64,000 bases of DNA from Candidatus Subterrananammoxibius californiae. GTDB taxonomy: Bacteria > Planctomycetota > Brocadiia > Brocadiales > Subterrananammoxibiaceae. Under the pieces are notes generated by a model that had not been told where the DNA came from, did not search any database, and saw nothing but the letters and a program-made list of their open reading frames with translations. The position numbers were made by a program, and so were the translations under genes. Where the stretch lies: assembly GCA_030586555.1 (NCBI GenBank), contig JAURAC010000007.1, forward strand, positions 35,611 through 99,610. Reading direction: 5' to 3'. This document shows positions 21,532 through 30,972 of the stretch, piece after piece. Position 1 is the first letter of the stretch. Each line of letters begins with the position of its first letter.

Positions 21532-22637
21532 AGAACCTGTCCGTGAATAAAGTAAAGGACTTAAAAGCACGTTCTGGGGACGTACTTTTAACGAAATCAT
21601 TTAAGAAAACTACTATTTCACTGTGCATGATTGTAAAAAATGAGGCTGAACAGCTTTCACGTTGCCTTGAAAGTGTAAAAGACCTTGTTGAAGAAATCAT
21701 TATCGTTGATACTGGCTCCACAGATAATACCATTAAAATAGCAGAAGCATACGGAGCAAAGACGTTTCATCACCCATGGATGGATAATTTTAGTGAAGCA
21801 AGAAATTTTGCTTTAAAACATGCAACGTGCGACTGGATTCTTTCCCTTGATGCCGATGAAGAGTTAAAGAAAGAAGATATTAATTTAGTCAAGGAGGTTA
21901 TTAAAAATGACGGGGTAGATGGGGTTCGATGCATAATACACAGCACATCAAAAAGTACTACTGCCCTGACAAAATCGTATTTTCCAAGACTGTTTCGAAA
22001 CGGTAGGGGAATTTATTATGAAGGAACCGTCCACGAAAGACCCATAATTGCCGGTAAAACGCTTGCTTCTAATATCCGTATTATTCATCATGGTTACGCC
22101 CTCGATAAGAATAAAATGACAGCCAAGCTTAGTGCATACACACATCTCCTGCAAAAACAATTAAAAGCGGAACCAGATAATCCAACAACACATTTTTATT
22201 TAGCCAAGACTTATTACATACAAGAACTGCACGAACTTGCTTTACGAGAGGGGAAAGAAGTTATAAAGCTTCTTCCCGATGGTATTATAAAAGTAAGACC
22301 CGAATTGGAAATATATTTAATCCTGGCATGTACGCTATTTGAAACAGGCAATCCTCAAGCAGCGGAGGAGATGTTCTTAAAGGCATTCGAGCTAAAACCG
22401 AACTATATAGACCCTCCCTTTTTCCTTGGTAAGATGTATTTCAGCATGAAAAGATATGAGGATTCTGCCTTGTATTTACAAAAATACTTTCAGATTAGAA
22501 AGCACTTAGAAACAAATCCTGATGTTAATGATTTAGTCTTGCACTCCTTAATGGGAAGCGATGAAGCGCAATTCATGCTAAATATTATTTACAAGAAAAC
22601 AAAAGATTTATGCAGACAACAGTTTCATTGTGTATGA
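21528..22637 (+). CDS. GT2-TPR glycosyltransferase paralogue 3
   Basis: ISLCMIVKNE and LDADE motifs plus TPRs. Confidence 0.88.
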   Translation: MKNLSVNKVKDLKARSGDVLLTKSFKKTTISLCMIVKNEAEQLSRCLESVKDLVEEIIIVDTGSTDNTIKIAEAYGAKTFHHPWMDNFSEARNFALKHATCDWILSLDADEELKKEDINLVKEVIKNDGVDGVRCIIHSTSKSTTALTKSYFPRLFRNGRGIYYEGTVHERPIIAGKTLASNIRIIHHGYALDKNKMTAKLSAYTHLLQKQLKAEPDNPTTHFYLAKTYYIQELHELALREGKEVIKLLPDGIIKVRPELEIYLILACTLFETGNPQAAEEMFLKAFELKPNYIDPPFFLGKMYFSMKRYEDSALYLQKYFQIRKHLETNPDVNDLVLHSLMGSDEAQFMLNIIYKKTKDLCRQQFHCV

Positions 22638-23899
22638 TAATCAGGAACGAAGAAAATTTCCTTTCTGGATGCCTTGAAAGCGTTAAACACCTGGTTAATG
22701 AAATGATAATTGTGGATACAGGCTCAACAGACGGGAGTGTAGAGATTGCAAAACGCTACGGGGCAAAGATATTCCATCACCGATGGAATAACGATTTCAG
22801 TGAGGCAAGGAACCATGCCCTGCAACATGCTAAAGGGGATTGGGTTCTTCATCTCGATGCAGATGAGGAATTAAAAAAAGAGGATATTTCACTGGTAAAA
22901 GAAATAATAAAAGATAAAGATACCAACGGTGTTCAATGCGTAATTTATAACGTGCAAAAAGATTCTTCTGATTTTCTAATTTCGTACTTCTTCAGGTTAT
23001 TCAGAAACAATATAGGAGTTTCTTATAGCGGACTAATCCATGAAACACCAATCATTCCAGGTAAACTATCGCACTCGAACATCAGAATTATTCATTATGG
23101 CTATGCCTCATCAAAAGAAGGATTGAAAGATAAATGTGAACGAAACGTTAGACTACTGAGAAAACAATTAATAGACAGCCCAGATGACCCATTTATACAT
23201 TTTCATTTAGCAAAAACCTACTATCAACTCAAAACGTTTGATATGGCATTGGCCGAGGGCGAAGAGGTATTAAGACTGATGCCTATAACCGCTTTTAAAA
23301 CAAGGCCTGAGTTAGAAATATTTGTGCTTATGGCATGCGTCCAGTTTAACAAGGGTAACTTTTTAGATGCTGAAAGGATGTGCCTTGAGGCAATAAGAAT
23401 TAATCCAAATTATCTCGACCCTTATTTCTTCCTTGGTCATGTATATCTTAAACAGGGAGATTTTGAGAAAGCTATCCTGTATTATGAAAAATACCAAAAG
23501 AAAAGAAAGCCGTTTGAAGAAGGACTGGAGTTTAATTGTGTTGGTTTACATTCTCTCACGAGACAACATGAGGTTTACTTTGCCCTCGGTTTAATCTACG
23601 AAAGAGAAAAGAATTATCAAAAGGCTATTGAAAAATACTTTAAGGCGCTTGAAACTAACCCTCGTTATGCCGAGGCTTACAATGGTCTTGCGACAGCTTA
23701 CTTTGCCCAAAATGAGATTGACAATGCAATAATAATGCTCGAAAAGGCTATATCCGTAAAACCAAACTACGCCATGGCGCATAAAAATCTTGGAGTAATT
23801 TATGCCAAACAAAACAAGTTCAAACTTGCAGCGGAAACGTTTGAAAAGGCAATCCAAATCATCTCAGGAAATCAAAAAACCCAAAAAGAATACGTCTAA
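22610..23899 (+). CDS. GT2-TPR glycosyltransferase paralogue 4
   Basis: VSLCMIIRNE and LDADE motifs plus TPRs. Confidence 0.88.
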   Translation: MQTTVSLCMIIRNEENFLSGCLESVKHLVNEMIIVDTGSTDGSVEIAKRYGAKIFHHRWNNDFSEARNHALQHAKGDWVLHLDADEELKKEDISLVKEIIKDKDTNGVQCVIYNVQKDSSDFLISYFFRLFRNNIGVSYSGLIHETPIIPGKLSHSNIRIIHYGYASSKEGLKDKCERNVRLLRKQLIDSPDDPFIHFHLAKTYYQLKTFDMALAEGEEVLRLMPITAFKTRPELEIFVLMACVQFNKGNFLDAERMCLEAIRINPNYLDPYFFLGHVYLKQGDFEKAILYYEKYQKKRKPFEEGLEFNCVGLHSLTRQHEVYFALGLIYEREKNYQKAIEKYFKALETNPRYAEAYNGLATAYFAQNEIDNAIIMLEKAISVKPNYAMAHKNLGVIYAKQNKFKLAAETFEKAIQIISGNQKTQKEYV

Positions 23900-23903
23900 A
23901 AAG

Positions 23904-25193
23904 ATGATAAGTCTTATTTCCAAAGAACCATCCGTATCCCTTTGCATGATTGTAAGAAACGAGGAGAAAACGCTTTCGAGGTGTCTTGAAAGTGCTAAAT
24001 CTCTCGTTAACGAGATAGTAATTGTTGATACAGGTTCTACTGATAAAACGATTGAGGTCGCTGAAGGCTACGGCGCCAAGATAATGCATAAGGTATGGAC
24101 TGGTAGTTTTGCCGAGGCAAGAAACTATTGCCTTAAACATGCGACGGGCGATTGGATACTCCAATTGGATGCCGATGAAGAGCTGGAGAGCGCAAGCACA
24201 TCGGAGTTAATCGAAATCGTCATGAATAAAGATATAGACGGCATATACTGCATTATTCAAAGTATAGAAAGCAACGCCTCGTACTCATCACAATTTTATA
24301 ATTTAAGGCTCTTCAGAAATAAGCCTGGAATCTACTACGAAGGAACGGTTCACGAAACACCTGTTATCCGTGGAAAAACAGTGTTCTCAAGGATTCGTAT
24401 CACTCACCATACCTACGCAACGAACACTTACGCAACGGCGGAAAAATTAGAAAGGTATAAAACTTCTCTTGTGAAGCAACTTAAAAATAACCCTGATGAC
24501 CTCCGAACCCATTACTACTTAGCAAAGACCTATTACGACCAGCATCTTTACGACTCGACCATAACGGAAGGAAAAGAGGTACTGAGGCTTATATCCAACG
24601 GCGCACCTCTAACAGAGGCAGGAATAAAAACATTTACCTTATTGGCGTGTGCTTTGTGGCAGAAGGGAGATTTTCTCGAAGCAGAAAAGATTTGCCTCAA
24701 GGCATTAATGATAAAACCCGATTACACCGACATCCCCTTTCTGCTCGGTGCATTATATTTTGCACAGGGGAGATACGATGACGCCATTCCGAACATCAGG
24801 AGATTTTTTCAAATAAAAGACCAACTAAAAATGAACTCCGATTCTCATTATCTAAGCATACATTCCATGACAAGTGCACACCAGGCACACTTCATGCTTG
24901 GCACTATATATGAGAAACAAGGAAAATATACAGAGGCAATTGCGGAATTAAGAAAAGCGATAAAACTCGAACCTCAATACGTTGAAGCCTACTATAACCT
25001 CGCAGTTGTCTATGAAAAGGTGGGGAAACCCCAGGATGCAATAGGCCTTTATAGAAAAACTACAGAGTTAAATCGCTCTTTCATTCCGGGACTAAAGCGT
25101 CTTGGCATACTGCTAATGGATAACAAGCACACTGAAGAAGGAAGTATCTTTCTAAAAAGGGCGCTGAAGTTAGAATCTGCCTCATGCGGATAA
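23904..25193 (+). CDS. GT2-TPR glycosyltransferase paralogue 5
   Basis: VSLCMIVRNE and LDADE motifs plus TPRs. ATG 23904 preferred over the overlapping 23802. Confidence 0.85.
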   Translation: MISLISKEPSVSLCMIVRNEEKTLSRCLESAKSLVNEIVIVDTGSTDKTIEVAEGYGAKIMHKVWTGSFAEARNYCLKHATGDWILQLDADEELESASTSELIEIVMNKDIDGIYCIIQSIESNASYSSQFYNLRLFRNKPGIYYEGTVHETPVIRGKTVFSRIRITHHTYATNTYATAEKLERYKTSLVKQLKNNPDDLRTHYYLAKTYYDQHLYDSTITEGKEVLRLISNGAPLTEAGIKTFTLLACALWQKGDFLEAEKICLKALMIKPDYTDIPFLLGALYFAQGRYDDAIPNIRRFFQIKDQLKMNSDSHYLSIHSMTSAHQAHFMLGTIYEKQGKYTEAIAELRKAIKLEPQYVEAYYNLAVVYEKVGKPQDAIGLYRKTTELNRSFIPGLKRLGILLMDNKHTEEGSIFLKRALKLESASCG

Positions 25194-26707
25194 GTAGAAC
25201 AATGACCGCCAAAAAGAAGAACAATCTCAACAACAATCATCTCCAGGAACAGCCAAAAATCTCTCTCTGCATGATTGTAAAAAACGAGGCTCGATGGCTT
25301 TCAAGATGTCTTAATAGTGTAAAGGGTCTCGTGAATGAAATGATAATTGTTGATACAGGTTCAACTGATGAGACTGTTAAGATTGCCAAGGGTTATGGAG
25401 CAAATGTATTTCATCATCCATGGAATGATAACTTTAGCGAATCAAGAAACTATGCCCTTAAACATGCCGCAGGAGACTGGATACTTCACCTTGACGCAGA
25501 TGAGGAACTCGTACAGGAAGATATTCCACTGGTCAAGGGAATAATTAAAAAAAAAGAACTAAATGGTGTTTACTGTTTATTTTATAGTACACAAAATGCT
25601 TCTTCAGGTCATTCAAAATTCTTCCTGCCAAGATTGTTCCGAAACAATATTGGAATCTGTTACAGAGGCAGGATTCACGAAACACCTGTCATACCAGGTA
25701 ATACCTCATTTTCTAACATACGCATTATCCATTACGGCTACTCACTGGACGAAGTTACAATGGCGACAAAAAGAAAGAGGAATGCATCAATATTATTGGA
25801 GGAAGTAAGAAAAAATCCGAAGGATGTAGCGCTACATTTTTACCTTGCTAAAAATTATTATGAACAGGAATTATATGACCTATCATTAAAAGAAGGGGAA
25901 GCAGTCTTAACGATTTTTTCAAACGATAACATTGCTAAAAAGCCAGAACTTGAGATATTCCTTATTATGGCTTACTCACATTATAATAAAGGAAACTATC
26001 AAGAAGCTGAGAGACTGTGCACACAAGCTATAGAAAGAAAACCTAACTACATTGACCCCTACTTCTTCCTTGGACACCTTTATTTAATGCAGGATAAATA
26101 CGCATCCTCAATTGCAAGCTTCCAAAGGTATTTTCAGATAAAGGATACTCTTAAGAAAAACCCGGAGTTTAACCACCTTGTCATTTATTCTTTTACAAAA
26201 AGCCACGAAGCCCATGCAGGGCTTGGAACTGCCTTTGGAAAACTTGGAAATTATGCAGCATCAATTAATCAGTTCAAAAAGGCAATAAGTATTTGCCCTC
26301 AATTTGCAGAGGCTTATAATGGTCTGGGTGTTATACATGGATACCAGGGCAGACTCGACAATGCAGTTACCTATCTGAAAACCGCATTGCAAATTAAACC
26401 AGTATACAGTGAAGCATACAAGAACCTCGGCATTGTTTACGCCATGCAAGAAAAAAGTTCCTTAGCTATTGAGGCATTTAAAAAGGTAATCCAGATTAAT
26501 CCAGATATTGCAGAGATACACAATGACCTCGGAGTAGTCCTCGCAAAAGAAGGAAGATTTGAACATGCAATTCAATCATTCAAGAGAGCAATAGAAATTA
26601 ATCCTAACTATTCACGAGCCAGCAACAACCTGATGCTTACTTATAAGAAATTACATGAAAACTCTTTAGCAACCCCCATTACTGAACAATCCTGCTTACT
26701 TTATTGA
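25184..26707 (+). CDS. GT2-TPR glycosyltransferase paralogue 6
   Basis: ISLCMIVKNE and LDADE motifs plus a long TPR array. Confidence 0.88.
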   Translation: MRISRTMTAKKKNNLNNNHLQEQPKISLCMIVKNEARWLSRCLNSVKGLVNEMIIVDTGSTDETVKIAKGYGANVFHHPWNDNFSESRNYALKHAAGDWILHLDADEELVQEDIPLVKGIIKKKELNGVYCLFYSTQNASSGHSKFFLPRLFRNNIGICYRGRIHETPVIPGNTSFSNIRIIHYGYSLDEVTMATKRKRNASILLEEVRKNPKDVALHFYLAKNYYEQELYDLSLKEGEAVLTIFSNDNIAKKPELEIFLIMAYSHYNKGNYQEAERLCTQAIERKPNYIDPYFFLGHLYLMQDKYASSIASFQRYFQIKDTLKKNPEFNHLVIYSFTKSHEAHAGLGTAFGKLGNYAASINQFKKAISICPQFAEAYNGLGVIHGYQGRLDNAVTYLKTALQIKPVYSEAYKNLGIVYAMQEKSSLAIEAFKKVIQINPDIAEIHNDLGVVLAKEGRFEHAIQSFKRAIEINPNYSRASNNLMLTYKKLHENSLATPITEQSCLLY

Positions 26708-26764
26708 AAAAAGTAAGCCACTTTAGCAGCAAAATTACACGTCACAAAATTTATTAAAAAGCCC

Positions 26765-26791
26765 TTTATTTTTTTCACTACCTGCCGATAA
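26765..26791 (+). promoter_or_regulatory. sigma28 (FliA/SigD) promoter of flagellin
   Basis: Perfect -10 GCCGATAA at 26784-26791. The -35 position reads TTTA, an imperfect match to TAAA. Confidence 0.65.
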
Positions 26792-26994
26792 TCCTCATAA
26801 CGGTAATAAAATTACTCCAAAAGCCATTAGTACCGAAATCAAAAACTCGTCTGTAAGGAACGGAAAGGAGGTTTTACTATGATATGAAAAAAGGCTGTCA
26901 CAATAAACATCCCCCATTTTAAAATTGTGAGGGGAAGAAAAATCTTTTGTATCAGTTTTTTAACTTAAATCGTAAGTAACACCTTTTTAAGAAC

Positions 26995-27032
26995 ACCTTC
27001 ACAAGGATTGAAGGTAAAATTCAAGGAGGAAA
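26995..27032 (+). promoter_or_regulatory. Tandem CsrA-binding GGA hairpins in the flagellin 5' UTR
   Basis: ACCTTCA-CAAGGAT-TGAAGGT hairpin, then TTC-AAGGAG-GAA over the SD; same layout as the B. subtilis hag leader. Confidence 0.75.
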
Positions 27033-27038
27033 CATAGC

Positions 27039-27914
27039 ATGTCTTTAGGAAGAATAAACACAAACATTGCCGCATTAAGGGCATATTTTAACTTAACAAA
27101 CACGACCGATGTATTAGCCAATCACCAGCAGAGAATCACTACGGGCGCTCGAATATCATCTGCTGCAGATGACCCGGCAGGGTTTGTAATGTCTAAAACA
27201 ATGAGTACCCGTACAGAAAATCTGGGTACCGTTCAAAAGAGCATAGGCCAGGCAAGGGATATGCTTGCTGTAGTCGAAGGCGGTCTAAACTCCATAGTAG
27301 ATTTGCTCAGGGAGATGAAGGATAAAGCCCTTGAAGCTGCGGATGGTAGCGTAGGTACGACTGAAAGGGTAAGTCTTGGCAATGCTATCAAAGCCCTTGG
27401 CGACAGTATTAGTGATATTGCCACCAATACAGAATTCAACAACGTTAGCTTGCTTGACGGTACATATTCCACTACAGGAACAGGTCTCTTGACATTCAGG
27501 ACTGGCGTAGGCGTTAACGACATTACAACCGTTGGATTCTCCACCTTTGGCGGCTTAACGGCAGAAGGTAATTTCACGCTCTCGTCTCTTGGACTATCCA
27601 GCCTCGTTAGCACTGGAATATCTACTATAAGTGAGGCGTCAAGTATAGTCTCCGCAGTAAACAACGCTATTACTTACGTCAACAATGCTATCACTGAAAT
27701 AGGAGCCAAGAACAAGGGTTTGAAGGCAAGGAGCGATGCAATTTCAATCGAGCGGACGAACACAGAATCAGCTCTAAGCAGGATAAAGGATGCTGATACA
27801 CTGTTCGAGGCGATGGAGACCAATAAGCTGCAAATCAGGTCACAGGCAACCGTAGCTATGTTAGCGCAGGCTAACGTAATGCCTCAAATGGTGCTTTCAC
27901 TTCTTGGTAGATAG
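27039..27914 (+). CDS. fliC: Flagellin
   Basis: RINTNIAAL, TGARISSAADDPAG, NTEFNNVSLLDG, SRIKDAD and MLAQAN..PQMVLSLL. Confidence 0.97.
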   Translation: MSLGRINTNIAALRAYFNLTNTTDVLANHQQRITTGARISSAADDPAGFVMSKTMSTRTENLGTVQKSIGQARDMLAVVEGGLNSIVDLLREMKDKALEAADGSVGTTERVSLGNAIKALGDSISDIATNTEFNNVSLLDGTYSTTGTGLLTFRTGVGVNDITTVGFSTFGGLTAEGNFTLSSLGLSSLVSTGISTISEASSIVSAVNNAITYVNNAITEIGAKNKGLKARSDAISIERTNTESALSRIKDADTLFEAMETNKLQIRSQATVAMLAQANVMPQMVLSLLGR

Positions 27915-27939
27915 TCCGTCTGAGGTAGATGAATTGTTT

Positions 27940-27974
27940 GGTTGGGGGCCCGAAAGGTCCCCCAACCTTTCTTT
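27940..27974 (+). terminator. Rho-independent terminator after flagellin
   Basis: GGTTGGGGG-CCCGAAAGGT-CCCCCAACC followed by TTTCTTT. Confidence 0.8.
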
Positions 27975-28012
27975 AAATTGAACAAAAAGGTGACTAAGGG
28001 AGATGAAGTAAA

Positions 28013-28429
28013 ATGGTTCAAAAACGTGTGTCAGATAAATATCTTCGTTCACAGGTAGAATCGGCTACGCCGGGCATGTTAGTTGTGATGCTGTATGATG
28101 GCGCTATCAAGTTTCTTAACACTTACAAGCGTAAGGTGGAATCAAATGCATTCGCTGACGCATTTAACCTCAAGATGAAGGCTCAAAACATCATTTACGA
28201 ACTATCTGCGTCCTTGGACATGGAGGCAGGAGATGTAGCACACAACCTTTACAGGGTGTATGACTACATGATGGATAAATTAATAAGCGTTGATGTGCTT
28301 GCTAAAGAAGTTGCTACCGTAGATGAAGTCATAGGCTTGTTGACAGAATTGAGAGACGCATGGAAAGATATTGTTGAAAAGCCTGTTGCTGAATCACTCT
28401 CTTTGGCAACAAGCCATGTATATGCTTAG
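28013..28429 (+). CDS. fliS: Flagellin export chaperone FliS
   Basis: QVESATPGMLVVMLYDGAIKF, KAQNIIYEL.ASLD and ELRDAW. Confidence 0.95.
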   Translation: MVQKRVSDKYLRSQVESATPGMLVVMLYDGAIKFLNTYKRKVESNAFADAFNLKMKAQNIIYELSASLDMEAGDVAHNLYRVYDYMMDKLISVDVLAKEVATVDEVIGLLTELRDAWKDIVEKPVAESLSLATSHVYA

Positions 28430-28452
28430 CAACTGATATATGAGGTCGAAGT

Positions 28453-28818
28453 ATGAGTACAGTCGGAAACCCCGTAAATGTAATTCCAGAATCTGGTCCT
28501 TTACAAAAAGGGATTAATAATAATTACCCTTTGTCTAAAGAAATCGAAAAAATACCCGCTAAGAAAACGAACGGAGGAAATAAAACATCTGAGAAGGCTG
28601 CTTCTGAACCAGAAACAAAAGTAAAAGACAATAAGACTAACCTCGGTTTTGTTTACGATGGAGAGGTTAAAAAAGCAATCTTGCGGGTTGTAGATGAAGA
28701 AACCAAGAAGGTCATCTTTCAGGTGCCGCCTGAAGAAATGATTGCCAGGATGAAGGAAGATTTAAAAAAAGAAAACGACGTTGTGCCTCCAGGAATTATA
28801 GTTGATAAAAAGGTGTAA
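28453..28818 (+). CDS. flaG: FlaG family protein
   Basis: LRVVDEETKKVIFQVPPEE...GIIVDKKV. Confidence 0.85.
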   Translation: MSTVGNPVNVIPESGPLQKGINNNYPLSKEIEKIPAKKTNGGNKTSEKAASEPETKVKDNKTNLGFVYDGEVKKAILRVVDEETKKVIFQVPPEEMIARMKEDLKKENDVVPPGIIVDKKV

Positions 28819-28821
28819 AAT

Positions 28822-29355
28822 TTATTTTTTTGCCTGTAAATATGCATTAAAGGCTGAACTCACCTTTTCTGCAAGTTGATTCACAGATAATTTTGTTGTA
28901 TCTACCCCGTAATCTGCAGCCTTTTTATAAAAGGGCTTACGTTGCTCAAGCAAATACTTTATCTCCTCAGATTGCTTCAAATTTGTCAGGTATGGTCGTT
29001 GCGCTTGCCCTTCTGTGTCTTCTGAAAGCCGTTTATGGATTGTTTCTATATCTGCCTCAAGGAGTACAACAAAACCATTTCTTTTCATATTCTTAACATT
29101 TTCATCTTTAAGCACCGCGCCTCCACCCATTGCAATCACTACATTATCTAAAAGACTCAATTCTTCTATAATCTTAGATTCAATCTGCCTGAATCTCTCC
29201 TCCCCACCTTCAGAAAAGATTTCCTTTATCGTCTTGCCAACTTTCTGCTCTAAATAATCATCGGCATCTATAAACTTTCGTTTCATGTAACGGGCAATAG
29301 TTTTACCCGTGCAACTTTTGCCAGTACCCCTGAACCCTATTAATACAATATTCAC
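28822..29355 (-). CDS. aroK: Shikimate kinase
   Basis: IVLIGFRGTGKS, GEERFR and GGGAV. Confidence 0.95.
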   Translation of the reverse strand: MNIVLIGFRGTGKSCTGKTIARYMKRKFIDADDYLEQKVGKTIKEIFSEGGEERFRQIESKIIEELSLLDNVVIAMGGGAVLKDENVKNMKRNGFVVLLEADIETIHKRLSEDTEGQAQRPYLTNLKQSEEIKYLLEQRKPFYKKAADYGVDTTKLSVNQLAEKVSSAFNAYLQAKK

Positions 29356-29380
29356 ACCAGATTCCGTCTCTCATTAACCG

Positions 29381-29411
29381 GTAGTCAACGAACTTAAAGT
29401 TCGTTGTCTAC
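29381..29411. repeat. GTAG(A/T)CAACG-family REP hairpin containing the aroDE stop codon
   Basis: GTAGTCAACGAACT-TAA-AGTTCGTTGTCTAC. Confidence 0.75.
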
Positions 29412-30932
29412 CAACTTGCTATAAGCAACCTTAGCCATAAGTTCTTTAGACGCTTTTTGACCTGTCCAGAGTTCAAACTGTGCAGCAGCTTGATTAATAA
29501 ACATAGTCAGCCCATTAACCGTAATACAACCACATTTCTTGGCTTCAAGAAGTAGTCGGGTCTCCAACGGATTATAGACTATATCAAAAACTACCATACC
29601 AGGTTTCAAAACATCAATGGGTACGGGCATTTCATTTACATTCGGGTGCATCCCAACAGAGGTTGTATTCACTAATGTATCTATTTTTAGATTACCCAGT
29701 TCCTGCATCTTGCAATATTTACATCCTATGTCCTTCCCCAATATCTCAGCCTTTTCGTAAGTACGGTTTGTTATTATCACATTAGCCTCTTCTTTGTGTA
29801 AGCCAAAAACAATTGCCCTGGATGCGCCACCTGCCCCCACTACAAGAACCGTTTTCCCCTTCAGGGAGAAATCCCCCTCACCTCTCCTCTTCCCTCTGGG
29901 GAGAGGGATAGGGTGAGGGGACATGGCTTCTTTCAAAGCTACTATTGCAGCAGTACAGTCAGTATTATACCCCCCAAATTTCCCATTTCGATTAACCACT
30001 GTATTAACGGCGCCGATACGTCTGGCTAATGGGTCAACCTCATCGAGCAGTTCCATAATGCTTTGCTTATGCGGAATCGTTACGCTGCACCCTTGAATAT
30101 CTATTTTCTTCAACCCTCTAAATGTTGTAATAACATTTTCCGTCTTAAAAGGGATGTAAACACAATTCAGCCCCTTTTCTGCAAATGCTGCATTGTGAAT
30201 AGCAGGGCTAATACTATGGGCGACGGGGTTTCCAATAAGCCCATAAATTTTTGTTTCTGCGTTCGTTTTCTTGAAACGATAAAGGTTAAGGAGTTCATGT
30301 ATTGTTATTTGCCCCGGCGCAGATTCTTTCCCCTTCTCCAGTGAGGCAAATGTCATATATGAGCCAAACTTCTGGGCAAGTACCCTGCTCATCAAACCGA
30401 CTTCTCCCATACAAAGGGCTATAGTAGGAATGCCTGCACCCTTCAGCAATTGAAATACCCTGATATTGTCAGTTATATCATTTGCAAATACTGCCAGCTT
30501 TGCTATATGTGCGCCTGTTCTGCAAAGCTCCTCGTGTATATCGTCTAAATTCGGGGGTGTTTCGAGAAAATTGTGATATGAAACTATTAACTTACAACCA
30601 TAACAATTAAAGTCCAAGATATTTTGTGCACTATCATGTTCTATATCAATGTAGTCCGCACCAGATTCTATAGCGTTTTTGAGCAATTGTATTCTGTTAG
30701 TTTCATCTCCAGAAAACTTTCCTCCTTCACGCTTTGGACGATTGGTAACGATAACGGGCTTTCTTTTATGCTTCAGCAGTTTATTAATATCTGGATTTGT
30801 AATATAATCTAAACGCAATTCTATAACATCGGCGTATTCTGAAGCAGCAGTCATATCCTCAATCGCCGTTTCATTTGTGGCTGCAGTAATAGGAATACAA
30901 ATTAAGCACTTATTGTTCTGGTGTTCCGGCAC
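29394..30932 (-). CDS. aroDE: Fused type I 3-dehydroquinate dehydratase / shikimate dehydrogenase
   Basis: IELRLD, SYHNF and SAPGQ (AroD), then HSISPAIHN, VTIPHK, GAVNT, NTD and GAGG (AroE). Confidence 0.93.
   Translation of the reverse strand: MPEHQNNKCLICIPITAATNETAIEDMTAASEYADVIELRLDYITNPDINKLLKHKRKPVIVTNRPKREGGKFSGDETNRIQLLKNAIESGADYIDIEHDSAQNILDFNCYGCKLIVSYHNFLETPPNLDDIHEELCRTGAHIAKLAVFANDITDNIRVFQLLKGAGIPTIALCMGEVGLMSRVLAQKFGSYMTFASLEKGKESAPGQITIHELLNLYRFKKTNAETKIYGLIGNPVAHSISPAIHNAAFAEKGLNCVYIPFKTENVITTFRGLKKIDIQGCSVTIPHKQSIMELLDEVDPLARRIGAVNTVVNRNGKFGGYNTDCTAAIVALKEAMSPHPIPLPRGKRRGEGDFSLKGKTVLVVGAGGASRAIVFGLHKEEANVIITNRTYEKAEILGKDIGCKYCKMQELGNLKIDTLVNTTSVGMHPNVNEMPVPIDVLKPGMVVFDIVYNPLETRLLLEAKKCGCITVNGLTMFINQAAAQFELWTGQKASKELMAKVAYSKLVDNEL
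29872..29921. repeat. In-frame CCCCTC...GAGGGG palindrome in aroDE
   Basis: TCCCCCTCACC..CTCTTCCC-TCT-GGGGAGAG..GGTGAGGGGA encodes SPHPIPLPRGKRRGEG just before the Rossmann fold. Confidence 0.75.
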
Positions 30933-30972
30933 CTTCTTTACCCGTAAAAAGCAAGTCCAGTGAACTTGCCTT

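Noticed and set aside
24413..24438. Short duplication TACGCAACG (TYATNTYAT) in GT2-TPR paralogue 5
   Set aside because: Single small in-frame duplication; no evidence of a phase-variable tract.
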